Virus record (IMG/VR): IMGVR_UViG_3300033067_001661
Location: 205,624 to 269,623 of that record
DNA length: 64,000 nucleotides
From: a virus
Taxonomy: Duplodnaviria; Heunggongvirae; Uroviricota; Caudoviricetes
Strand: one strand, 5' to 3'
Each line of letters starts with the position of its first letter. Within the stretch, counting starts at the first letter, position 1. The notes under the pieces are model-generated. The model saw nothing but the letters and a program-made list of their open reading frames with translations, did no database searches and was not told the DNA's origin. Made by a program: the position numbers and the translations under genes. This document shows positions 47,090-55,354 of the stretch, one piece after another.

Positions 47090-48370
47090 TTAAGGTTTTC
47101 TTGGAGCAAACCTACCTTTATTTCTTGGTTGTTGCGGGCGACCTGCTGGCGCTGCTGGCGGCGTTGCCGCTGCTGGCGGCGTTGCCGCTGCTGGTGGTTG
47201 TCCATAAAGTCCTGCGCCTGGTGGCGGATTGTAATTAGGCCCTGTCATTACGGCTCCAGGAGGCATTGCCCCGATAGGACCGCCTCCCGCTGCTGGCGTT
47301 GCTGGTGCCGCTCCTCCTAACGGATTAGAAGATGCTGCTGGATTGACTCCAGGCGCTGCGGGCGGCGTTCCGCCTGCTGGAGAACCGCTTGGAGCGGCTG
47401 GAGCAGAAGGAGCGCCTCCCGATGGAGAACCGCCATAATTGCCTCTCAATATAGAATTCAAAGAAGTTAGAGTATTAGGCCAGTTCTTCCTTACGCCTTG
47501 AATATCTTTAGCCTTTATCAAACCAGAAACATTACTAAGATGCTGTATCGCTGTTGAAGCTTGCTGCTTTTGTTGAGGAGTTGAGTTTGGATCATTTGCA
47601 ACGATATTTAATTGCTGAGAAGCCGTCGCTATACCACCAGAAAGCCCACCCCAAGTTTGATTTGCTTTTTGATAAGCATCTTCAAAAGCTTTGAAACTAT
47701 TGTCCAAATCCGTTATTGTTTGCTTAAGCTTTCCGGTATAGGCTTGATTACTACCCCAATTCTTAACACCCTGCCCAACGCCTTTGAAAAAGTCCATTAT
47801 ACCAGCTTCTTTTACCATTTCTTCAGCAGCGGCTGTAAGCTTTTCAGCTATTTCTGGGTTAGAAACAAGTCTAGACGCAATATCCATGATTTCATTGCTT
47901 GCGGAAATCATAAGCTCATTTGGCTCATTTGCAACTTCTTCAATAGAAGCATAAACAGCAGAACCAATATCTAAGCCTTCCGCAACCTTCTCTTCAACCT
48001 TGCTAGCAATCTTTGCGTTAACTTCTTGAGAGAAAGCATGAAGCTCAGAACCAACCTTAATGTTGTTTTCTGAGCCTGCGTATTTGTCCCATTTAGAACC
48101 ATCATTGTTCAATGACTCAACGTATTCTTTATGGCATTCAGTCCAAACCTGTTGAGCAGACTTATTTGGAGAAGAAGTTCTTTTCTGCCTATAGCAATTA
48201 CCCCAACATCTGGAGTTTCTAATAGCATAGCCCTGTATACCAACATACTGAGCCGTTTTGACTTCAAAGGTCTTGTTTGCAACCTTATCAACCTTATCTG
48301 CTATAGCTCGTAAGCCTTGAGCGTCAAGCGCTTCTGCTGCTTCAACAAGCAATCGAATGATATTATCCAT
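47090..48370 (-). CDS. Head-associated protein (426 aa) with Pro/Ala-rich tail
   Basis: GGAG RBS; EVKTAQY and MVKEAGI; CWGNCY..C Cys cluster; 18-nt tandem repeats near 47146-47200 encode PPAAAT. Confidence 0.8.
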   Translation of the reverse strand: MDNIIRLLVEAAEALDAQGLRAIADKVDKVANKTFEVKTAQYVGIQGYAIRNSRCWGNCYRQKRTSSPNKSAQQVWTECHKEYVESLNNDGSKWDKYAGSENNIKVGSELHAFSQEVNAKIASKVEEKVAEGLDIGSAVYASIEEVANEPNELMISASNEIMDIASRLVSNPEIAEKLTAAAEEMVKEAGIMDFFKGVGQGVKNWGSNQAYTGKLKQTITDLDNSFKAFEDAYQKANQTWGGLSGGIATASQQLNIVANDPNSTPQQKQQASTAIQHLSNVSGLIKAKDIQGVRKNWPNTLTSLNSILRGNYGGSPSGGAPSAPAAPSGSPAGGTPPAAPGVNPAASSNPLGGAAPATPAAGGGPIGAMPPGAVMTGPNYNPPPGAGLYGQPPAAATPPAAATPPAAPAGRPQQPRNKGRFAPRKP

Positions 48371-48385
48371 TTTGAATCGGCTCCT

Positions 48386-49384
48386 TTATCGAACAATAAA
48401 CTTAGGGTTGAACTTTTTCCCAACAATAGAAAACTCTCTTACATTTTGCATACGAAACGCCCTAATTCCTCCAACGGTTTCGTCAAAAGTTACAAGAATC
48501 TCATGCGACGGCTCATTCTCTGGATGAGAAGTAAACCTTCCATGAGGCTCGATGTACCTTGTTATTACATTATTACCAAAAAAGCGAAGTCCCTTCTTTT
48601 TTGATTTTGTTTGATACGAAATCTTCATAACTTCTTTGTTTTCTTGCGCCCAATTAAAGGCCTCAGACACGCTACCGAACGTTGGAATCCTTTGCTGAAG
48701 ATCTTCTAAACTTTCTTGTTCCTGTTCTTGAGCGTCTTCGGGAGAAGGTGGTTCTTCAACAGCCAAACCATCTTCCTGTTGCATATCCTGCTGCTCTTGT
48801 ATCGAATCTTCTATATATTGCCCTATCTCGTCTTGACTTAAAACAGGTAGATTCGTTTCTTCTATTTGTTGCGGCTGTTGAGGTTGTTGAGGTTGTTGAC
48901 TCTGAGAGTCAAGATGGTTGAAGTAATCAGATAATGTTGGGAATTTAGAAAGCATCTCTTCGTCTGTCATTTGCTGAGCAAGTCTTAAAGAAGATATCGG
49001 CTCTTTAGAATCTCTTTTAGCAAAGGAAACCATAGACGTATTCTTGTTGAAAACCATCATATCGCCAGGCTTGATACCGTTGCTCTGAAAGAATCCAAGA
49101 TTAGCTTCAACAGCGAACTGACATGGAGACGAGCTTGAAACAGATTTTTTGGACAATGGAGAAATTGTTTCAATATTGACAACTCTTCCTCTGTCATTTA
49201 CAAATGCAATATCAAGAGGAATAAAAGTGTTCTCTCCCCAAAAGCTAAGTTTTCTGTTCGATGAGAAAACAAATAGCATACCGCAGTCCCGAGGCATGCT
49301 CTTCACAAACATTAATCCCCGAGCCTGAGACTCAAATGTGTCTGCTATTTTTACTCGCAAAGTTGGCAATGAGTTAAGATTCAT
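48386..49384 (-). CDS. DUF192 (UPF0127) protein fused to a C-terminal WYL-like domain
   Basis: RGLMF...GMLFVF...FWGENTFIPLDIAF...AVEANLG..I.PGD (DUF192); ISY...TRYIEPH...IRAFRMQNVREFSIVGKKF (WYL-like). Confidence 0.75.
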   Translation of the reverse strand: MNLNSLPTLRVKIADTFESQARGLMFVKSMPRDCGMLFVFSSNRKLSFWGENTFIPLDIAFVNDRGRVVNIETISPLSKKSVSSSSPCQFAVEANLGFFQSNGIKPGDMMVFNKNTSMVSFAKRDSKEPISSLRLAQQMTDEEMLSKFPTLSDYFNHLDSQSQQPQQPQQPQQIEETNLPVLSQDEIGQYIEDSIQEQQDMQQEDGLAVEEPPSPEDAQEQEQESLEDLQQRIPTFGSVSEAFNWAQENKEVMKISYQTKSKKKGLRFFGNNVITRYIEPHGRFTSHPENEPSHEILVTFDETVGGIRAFRMQNVREFSIVGKKFNPKFIVR

Positions 49385-49392
49385 AGAATTAC

Positions 49393-49417
49393 TTACGTCT
49401 TTGAAAAGATTATCCCT
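49393..49417 (-). promoter_or_regulatory. Candidate promoter AGGG-N17-GTAA (leaderless)
   Basis: Ends 8 nt before an ATG that has no SD. Confidence 0.4.
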
Positions 49418-49425
49418 TCTTAGGT

Positions 49426-49450
49426 AGGAGTTTTGAACACCTTTTTGTAA
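49426..49450 (+). promoter_or_regulatory. Candidate promoter AGGA-N17-GTAA for the plus-strand island
   Basis: Back-to-back with the 49393-49417 motif. Confidence 0.45.
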
Positions 49451-49479
49451 AACTAAGTGACCTTAAGCGGAGGCTCCAA

Positions 49480-49749
49480 ATGATCAATATCTTCACATTC
49501 ATTCTCAAACTGATTTTCGGATATAGTGCATCCGGAAGTCTAACAGTATCTTCGTCAATTTCTCAAATAGAAGTCAAGCCAGGATGGACGCCTAAGCATG
49601 TATTCATTAGCTTAGACAGTAATCCTTGCATTCCTGTTTGCGGTTCTCATCAAGATTGGTTCGATGTAAAGATTGTAAAAGACGGCTTTATATTACAGTG
49701 TAACATTAAGAGTTCTTTCAGGAAAATTACATGGATAGCAACACAGTAA
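49480..49749 (+). CDS. Hypothetical protein (89 aa)
   Basis: GGAGG RBS; first gene of the divergent island. Confidence 0.75.
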   Translation: MINIFTFILKLIFGYSASGSLTVSSSISQIEVKPGWTPKHVFISLDSNPCIPVCGSHQDWFDVKIVKDGFILQCNIKSSFRKITWIATQ

Positions 49750-50720
49750 ATGTTGTTGGATGGTATAGTAAGTGTAACTGTGGAGACGAAAGCTACAAGC
49801 TAGCTTTCCCTAAGATTTTCCCAGATTATAACCTCGTCTTTTCTGATTGGCCCATAAAAGACGCTGACGCCTACATTATTGGTGGCGGAGATATCTTAAC
49901 AACAAAACTTCTTGATAAGTTTGCCAGTATCGACAAGCCTAAGCATATAATGTCTGTTACAGTTTCTAAGAAACAAGATAAAGAAAAGTTCAATGGGTTC
50001 AGAACAATCATAGTTCGAGATCAGGAGTCTGTAAAAAGACTCTCTGAAATTGGCGTCGAATGCCTACTGTATCCTGATTTTTCCTTCATCCTTGAAGGCA
50101 ATAAAGAAAAAGGAACATCGCTAACAGAAGAGCATTTCAGCAAAAATAGAAGCGATCTCTATCAGAAGAAAGTTGCAATAGTAATCAATGGGCATTTAGT
50201 TCCTGCTCACGGAACAACAGCATACGAACAATCAAGATTTGACAGATTCTGCTTTGACCTTTCAATCGCAATAGACGAGACACCAGCAAGTTTCATATTT
50301 GTACCATTTGGAACAAAGCAACCTTGGGACGACAGAATTGCTAACGGCATGGTTGCGGTAAAATGTAAATGGTGGAAAAAGAACTGCATGGTTTATAACG
50401 AACTTGATGTTCAGGAAACCCTTGACATTATTTCAGCAAGCGATGCCGTTGTAAGCACAAGGTTGCATTCGTCAATATTTAGCTGCGCAACAGAAACGCC
50501 TTTTCTCGATATCACTCATAGCCACAAAAACAAGTATTTTCTTGAAACCATAAAGTACGAAAAAGCTTCTGTTGGATATGAAGACTTCAACATTACAAAA
50601 GCAAAATCAATTTTGAGAAACGCAATCTTTAACACTGAAGCTAAAGAAGAAATTGGAAGTCTTGTTTCAATCAACAAGCTTTTGCTTGGAGAGCTAAATA
50701 AAAGAATCATCTTGACTTGA
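49731..50720 (+). CDS. Polysaccharide pyruvyl transferase family protein (CsaB/WcaK-like)
   Basis: GWY..CNCGDE, IGGGDI, VRDQES, PDFSF and STRLHSSIFS motifs. Confidence 0.85.
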   Translation: MDSNTVNVVGWYSKCNCGDESYKLAFPKIFPDYNLVFSDWPIKDADAYIIGGGDILTTKLLDKFASIDKPKHIMSVTVSKKQDKEKFNGFRTIIVRDQESVKRLSEIGVECLLYPDFSFILEGNKEKGTSLTEEHFSKNRSDLYQKKVAIVINGHLVPAHGTTAYEQSRFDRFCFDLSIAIDETPASFIFVPFGTKQPWDDRIANGMVAVKCKWWKKNCMVYNELDVQETLDIISASDAVVSTRLHSSIFSCATETPFLDITHSHKNKYFLETIKYEKASVGYEDFNITKAKSILRNAIFNTEAKEEIGSLVSINKLLLGELNKRIILT

Positions 50721-50733
50721 GGAGTTGTTGATT

Positions 50734-52020
50734 ATGTATCTACTGTATGATAGCGACTACATTATAAGAATTGTTTCCACAAAGCCCGTCAAAAGCGAAG
50801 GCCTTGGTATCGTGTCTGTACCGGACAATCAAAACTGGAACAAACAGATATACAAGAAACTTCCTAGGAAAATTGCCGAACAAATTGGCGCTAAGGTAAA
50901 AAAGAATCATAGCGAACTAAGAATCGCTGTTATATGCAACTGGAAAGATAAGTGCGGCATATCAACATATAGCCAGTTTCTTGTTGATTCTCTCAAAAAA
51001 CAAGTCAAAGATATTGCTATCTTTTCCGAGCATGTCGAAGGCAGCATTGACATTCAAGAGAAAGGTATGGTACGTTGTTGGAAAAGAGGCGAAGACGTTC
51101 AAGAGCTTATTGATTTGGTAAAAGATTACGCTCCTGATTTCATTATTATACAGCATGAATATGGTATCTTTCCAAACGCTTTCAAATTCATGCAACTCAT
51201 GCAGTCCTTTGACAAGATACCCTATGTTGTCGTAATGCACAGCGTTTACAAACATCTCGATAAGGCTGTCTATAGCGAATCTGCAAAGAACATTATCGTT
51301 CATACTAATGAAGCTAAAAAGACACTAAGAGAAGTTGGCAACACAAGCAATACCTACGTTATTCCGCATGGATGTATTAGCTTCAAAGACACAAACGAAC
51401 TATGGAATATCTGCACAAATCCTTATACTATTTTGCAGTTTGGTTTTGGATTTTCTTACAAAGGCGTTGATAGAGCTTTAATGGCAATCGCTCAACTCAA
51501 GTCTATGGAAAAGAAATACCAAAACATGCAATATATCTATCTGTGCAGCACTAACAGCCATAACCTTGCGGCGAACGCTGAATACTGTAAGAAGCTTATG
51601 ACTCTTGCAAAAGAACTTGACATAGAGAAAAACATTGTTATCATACAAAAGTATCAAACAGAAGAAATGATAAATCTCTATCTCAGGCTTGCGAAAATCG
51701 CAATCTTCCCTTATGTTATAGACCCTTCAAACGAAGTCTTTGGCGCTAGCGGGGCGATAAGAATTGCTCTTGCGAATAAAAGACCCGTACTAGCCAGCGA
51801 AAGCCATCTATTCGACGATCTAGAGGGCATTATACCAAGACCGAAAAACCATATCGAACTCGCAAACGAAATAAACAAGATATTCAACTCAAAAGAGCAT
51901 AGAGACTCTATTGTTGAAAGCGGATATAAGTTTGTTCAGGATAACAACTGGGATATTTGCGCAAAGAAATATCTAGAAGTATACGACTCAATCGTATCTA
52001 ATACCTGCGAAATTCAATGA
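50734..52020 (+). CDS. GT4 glycosyltransferase (start moved to ATG 50734)
   Basis: GAGGAG RBS 9 nt upstream; CGISTYS, QHEYGIF, VIPHG, YKGVD and SGAIRIALANKRPVLAS. Confidence 0.85.
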   Translation: MYLLYDSDYIIRIVSTKPVKSEGLGIVSVPDNQNWNKQIYKKLPRKIAEQIGAKVKKNHSELRIAVICNWKDKCGISTYSQFLVDSLKKQVKDIAIFSEHVEGSIDIQEKGMVRCWKRGEDVQELIDLVKDYAPDFIIIQHEYGIFPNAFKFMQLMQSFDKIPYVVVMHSVYKHLDKAVYSESAKNIIVHTNEAKKTLREVGNTSNTYVIPHGCISFKDTNELWNICTNPYTILQFGFGFSYKGVDRALMAIAQLKSMEKKYQNMQYIYLCSTNSHNLAANAEYCKKLMTLAKELDIEKNIVIIQKYQTEEMINLYLRLAKIAIFPYVIDPSNEVFGASGAIRIALANKRPVLASESHLFDDLEGIIPRPKNHIELANEINKIFNSKEHRDSIVESGYKFVQDNNWDICAKKYLEVYDSIVSNTCEIQ

Positions 52021-52350
52021 TTGTTCAATAAAGTTGATATCCTCGTCGTCAACATTAATAGCAATTTGATTCATAGAGCTAGAATCGGAATTAATCACAA
52101 CGTAATCGTTATGACTTTGAATCCATTTCTCTATATCTTGCTTGTTGCTAACCTCTTCATAGACATTAATGTAAACGTCTTCAGGTTTTGGCATTAGACG
52201 AGCGGTTTGAATATCAAAAACAAAAGAAAGCTTACCGCAACGATGAGCTTCCATCGACTCTGTTTCTGGGTTGTACCAAAAATGAGTCGATTCAACTTTC
52301 TGCGCTTTCTTGATTCTTCTTTTTTCAATCTGTAGAAGTAAGATCCGCAT
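51988..52350 (-). CDS. Hypothetical protein (120 aa)
   Basis: Last gene of the minus-strand run; its end overlaps the convergent GT4 end. Confidence 0.65.
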   Translation of the reverse strand: MRILLLQIEKRRIKKAQKVESTHFWYNPETESMEAHRCGKLSFVFDIQTARLMPKPEDVYINVYEEVSNKQDIEKWIQSHNDYVVINSDSSSMNQIAINVDDEDINFIEQSLNFAGIRYD

Positions 52351-52708
52351 TCTTAACTCTCAAATACCATCCAACAAGTTCTTCTTTTGAGGCTTTCTTC
52401 TCTAAGGCAAAAGAATCATCATTGAGAATCATTACCTTCAAAGCTTGAGCGCCCTTCTCTGTAACCTTGAGGTACTTACCCTGATCTTCGACAAGACCAG
52501 ACTCTACCATTTTCTTGAGTTCGCCAGACGCTAAATTAGCAGGCTTCAAAAACTTACGGTTCGAGAGCTTTTCCGTATCAGACCACATAGCATACAACTG
52601 CTTATTGATGCCATCGCCCCTATTGACAAGTCTTGCTCTTGCGTCTTGCAGCGCTGGCATTATTTGTATGAGTATATCAATCAAAGATTGTTGAGCAGTT
52701 TTTTGCAT
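52325..52708 (-). CDS. Possible winged-helix protein (start moved to MQKTAQQ)
   Basis: ELKKMVESGLVEDQGKYLKVTEKG resembles a wHTH recognition helix plus wing; ATG 1 nt after the upstream TAA. Confidence 0.5.
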   Translation of the reverse strand: MQKTAQQSLIDILIQIMPALQDARARLVNRGDGINKQLYAMWSDTEKLSNRKFLKPANLASGELKKMVESGLVEDQGKYLKVTEKGAQALKVMILNDDSFALEKKASKEELVGWYLRVKNADLTSTD

Positions 52709-52709
52709 A

Positions 52710-52949
52710 TTAGAACCCCACTTGAACTCCGAATGAACGAAGCTTCTTTCGTATTTCCATTTGTATAGAATCAAGAGCCATAACATCAGCCTGAGAAAGT
52801 TGTGTTATACCATTTAAGCCTAATGTTGTAAAAGCTTGCTGAAACGTTCTAACCCTAGGATCTATCTGGTTAGGTTGATTAGGGTTCTTGAGCCTTTTGG
52901 GATCAAATTTCAAAGTTTGCATTTGAGATGTTTTATACCAATTACTCAT
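52710..52949 (-). CDS. Hypothetical protein (79 aa), MSNWYKTSQ N-terminus
   Basis: Coupled ORF. Confidence 0.7.
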   Translation of the reverse strand: MSNWYKTSQMQTLKFDPKRLKNPNQPNQIDPRVRTFQQAFTTLGLNGITQLSQADVMALDSIQMEIRKKLRSFGVQVGF

Positions 52950-53686
52950 GGTCGCATTGTGCCTCTAGGATATGGACTCTCATCTTCTCTTTTGCCCCAC
53001 AAATAAGGTTCATTACGAAGCTCTCTCCATTTGAATCCTTCATTAACCCAAGGATCATGATATCCTTCAAGACCCATTTTATATCTACTCTGATTCCTAA
53101 TATCTCGGCCTCTTCCTCTAACCTCTTCATCAATAGCTGACCAAGAGAAAACTCTTTCTTGCATTGGAACGTCTAAATTAGAATAAGGTCCATGAACGCC
53201 CTTTGCAGAAACTTCTTTCTGTCCTGGAAACTGAACAACCAAAAGCAAAGCTCTAATATAGAGATTCTTGGCAATCAAATGGCTTACCCATTCAATACCT
53301 AACTTGTACTCTATGATTTTAGACATTACTCTATACGAAAAAGAGTTGATATCTCTACACAAGGCTTGCCCAACTTGTCTTTGAATCTCGTCAAATCTAA
53401 GAAGACCAGGATACAAATAAAGCATTCTATAGAGGCCTTGTAAAGCGTGAACAAAAACTCCGTCGATACCCTCGGGAGGATTCGTCTTAGTCTCTGTCTG
53501 TTCAGACAAAAGAGAACAAACTTCATCCCAAAGTTTCTCAATAACTTCGTAAGAAGCTTTAGCCTTAGCCTTAAACAATCCTGCGCAATGAGAAACTGGG
53601 AGGCTCTTGCTATCAAAAGAAACAACACCATTACCTTTTAGAGTAATGTTATGAACCAACAGTTCTTTTTTGATCTCGTCATACAA
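52946..53686 (-). CDS. Hypothetical protein (246 aa)
   Basis: TTG start with GAGGA RBS. Confidence 0.75.
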   Translation of the reverse strand: MYDEIKKELLVHNITLKGNGVVSFDSKSLPVSHCAGLFKAKAKASYEVIEKLWDEVCSLLSEQTETKTNPPEGIDGVFVHALQGLYRMLYLYPGLLRFDEIQRQVGQALCRDINSFSYRVMSKIIEYKLGIEWVSHLIAKNLYIRALLLVVQFPGQKEVSAKGVHGPYSNLDVPMQERVFSWSAIDEEVRGRGRDIRNQSRYKMGLEGYHDPWVNEGFKWRELRNEPYLWGKREDESPYPRGTMRP

Positions 53687-54296
53687 GGGTTGTATCCTCT
53701 ATTGGCCTTCTCTTAACTGCAAGAGTAATATGGAAATCATGGTCTTTTATCCTTGGCGATAAGTTATACTTCTGCCTTAGTTTTTCAAGCTGAGGAGCCT
53801 CAACCTTCAAAAACCAAACAGACTGCATCTCTTCCCAACCGTCAGGATTATCAACCTGTTCTACTCCGGTTATTTTATAGTTTATCTTCTTACCTACATC
53901 TTCAAATCGAATACCTCGCTCAGAAACTTCCTTAGTCTTAATGACTGTTATATGAGCGCCAATATCATCATAATGTCTTTCGTTCTTAGGCGGCTTTTCA
54001 GCTTCATTACCCAAGAAAGGCATAAATCCTGCAAATATAGAGTTAGGAACGTCTACATAAACAAACCCGTCTCTAGTCTGTCTGAGTTCGCCAACAAAAA
54101 CAACATCTTTAGCATCACTAGCTATCTTCTTCAACGCATTAAAAGTAGCAGCCAACCGATTTTCATAATCAGCGGTCATCTTTTTGGCATAATCTTCAGG
54201 ATAAAGAGTGGACCAGTAAGTTGTTAGCTTTACTTGATCTTTCTTTCTCCTTTTGAGCCAATTCTTAGGAACATTTTTGGAAGCCAACTGTAACAT
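53679..54296 (-). CDS. 2H phosphoesterase with an N-terminal YWxxLYPxxY leader
   Basis: Two HxT motifs (AHITVI, FHITLA) with the spacing of the 2H superfamily. Confidence 0.8.
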   Translation of the reverse strand: MLQLASKNVPKNWLKRRKKDQVKLTTYWSTLYPEDYAKKMTADYENRLAATFNALKKIASDAKDVVFVGELRQTRDGFVYVDVPNSIFAGFMPFLGNEAEKPPKNERHYDDIGAHITVIKTKEVSERGIRFEDVGKKINYKITGVEQVDNPDGWEEMQSVWFLKVEAPQLEKLRQKYNLSPRIKDHDFHITLAVKRRPIEDTTLV

Positions 54297-54299
54297 TTA

Positions 54300-54902
54300 T
54301 TATTCTTTCTGTTGATTCCTTAAGCTGTTTTGCATTTTAAGAAGTCTATCTCTTGTTTGCTTCTTATCTACAAAATTACCTTCTTCAAGATCCTTATCAA
54401 TTTCCGCAATTCTATTTTCAACATAAGCTTTTGTTTTTACATCAGGATCGTGAATGTAAGTGTCCTTTGGCGGTTTCTGAGAAGCAACAACGTCTTTCAT
54501 GTTCTTTGGAGCCTTATCAACAGCTTTGGATTTCTTTTCTTTTGCAGCCTTAGGTTTTTCTTCTGTTTTTGACTTTTCAAACAGAGAAACAAAGCCCTCT
54601 TTGATAAGGTTTGTAAAATTAACAGAAGACGCATTTCCAAGCTCAACATCAAAAACTTGATTTGGGCCAATAATCTGTCCCCAAGGCATTCTAAGTTTAT
54701 TACCAGTGTTGTTCTTATATTGCGAACTTGCAGAAGGCTTATAGCTACTTGACTGCAATACTCCGCTCTTCAACAAGCCTTGTACCTGATAAGACAGAAA
54801 CTGCTCTTTCGTCAAATCAGCTTCTTGTCCCGCCAAAAGAGTTCCCGGCAATCCAACGATATTCAACTTTCCTTTTAAGCTGTCTGCAACTTTGATCTTC
54901 AT
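54300..54902 (-). CDS. Protein with two small repeated domains and a Lys-rich tail
   Basis: S-x-x-[VF]-x-x-L-[LI]-K-x-G occurs twice. Confidence 0.75.
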   Translation of the reverse strand: MKIKVADSLKGKLNIVGLPGTLLAGQEADLTKEQFLSYQVQGLLKSGVLQSSSYKPSASSQYKNNTGNKLRMPWGQIIGPNQVFDVELGNASSVNFTNLIKEGFVSLFEKSKTEEKPKAAKEKKSKAVDKAPKNMKDVVASQKPPKDTYIHDPDVKTKAYVENRIAEIDKDLEEGNFVDKKQTRDRLLKMQNSLRNQQKE

Positions 54903-54913
54903 GTGCTTTTTCC

Positions 54914-55354
54914 TTATATGTTTCTAAGTCTCTTTCTAAGACCCCTAAGTACGCCATCGCCACCATTCAAATTGAATGGCTTTCTGTCCCTATTATCGTC
55001 TATCTGCCGAGTAACCGTCTGATTTCTTCCCAAAGCTGCGTCCGAACCAGAAGAACCTCCTTGACCCTGATAATCGTCATGCAATTCTAAACCATAATCA
55101 GTTACAATGCCAGTTCCATTATCATTCTTTGGACGACCTTCATCGTCTGTAATAAAAGGCTGATCTGTGGGCCACTCTTTATTCTGAGAAAAAGGACCAC
55201 CACCAGTTTCGCCTGGCCTTAAAAGATCATCACCCGCGCCGCTATTCGGTTTACCCTTTGACTTTCTATAAGGATCAGTCAATAGGGGATCTGAAGGATT
55301 AAATGCGGTTGGCGGATTTCTTCTAGCTGTTTTTGATAAGTTAAAAGGGGGCAT
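54914..55354 (-). CDS. Disordered protein (start moved to MPPFNLSKTAR)
   Basis: GAGGA upstream of ATG 55354; FNLSKTA parallels FNLKKAQ of the neighbouring gene. Confidence 0.7.
   Translation of the reverse strand: MPPFNLSKTARRNPPTAFNPSDPLLTDPYRKSKGKPNSGAGDDLLRPGETGGGPFSQNKEWPTDQPFITDDEGRPKNDNGTGIVTDYGLELHDDYQGQGGSSGSDAALGRNQTVTRQIDDNRDRKPFNLNGGDGVLRGLRKRLRNI

Noticed and set aside
47146-47200. 18-nt tandem repeats as a CRISPR or iteron-like array
   Set aside because: No spacers; in-frame repeats encoding PPAAAT in a Pro/Ala-rich tail
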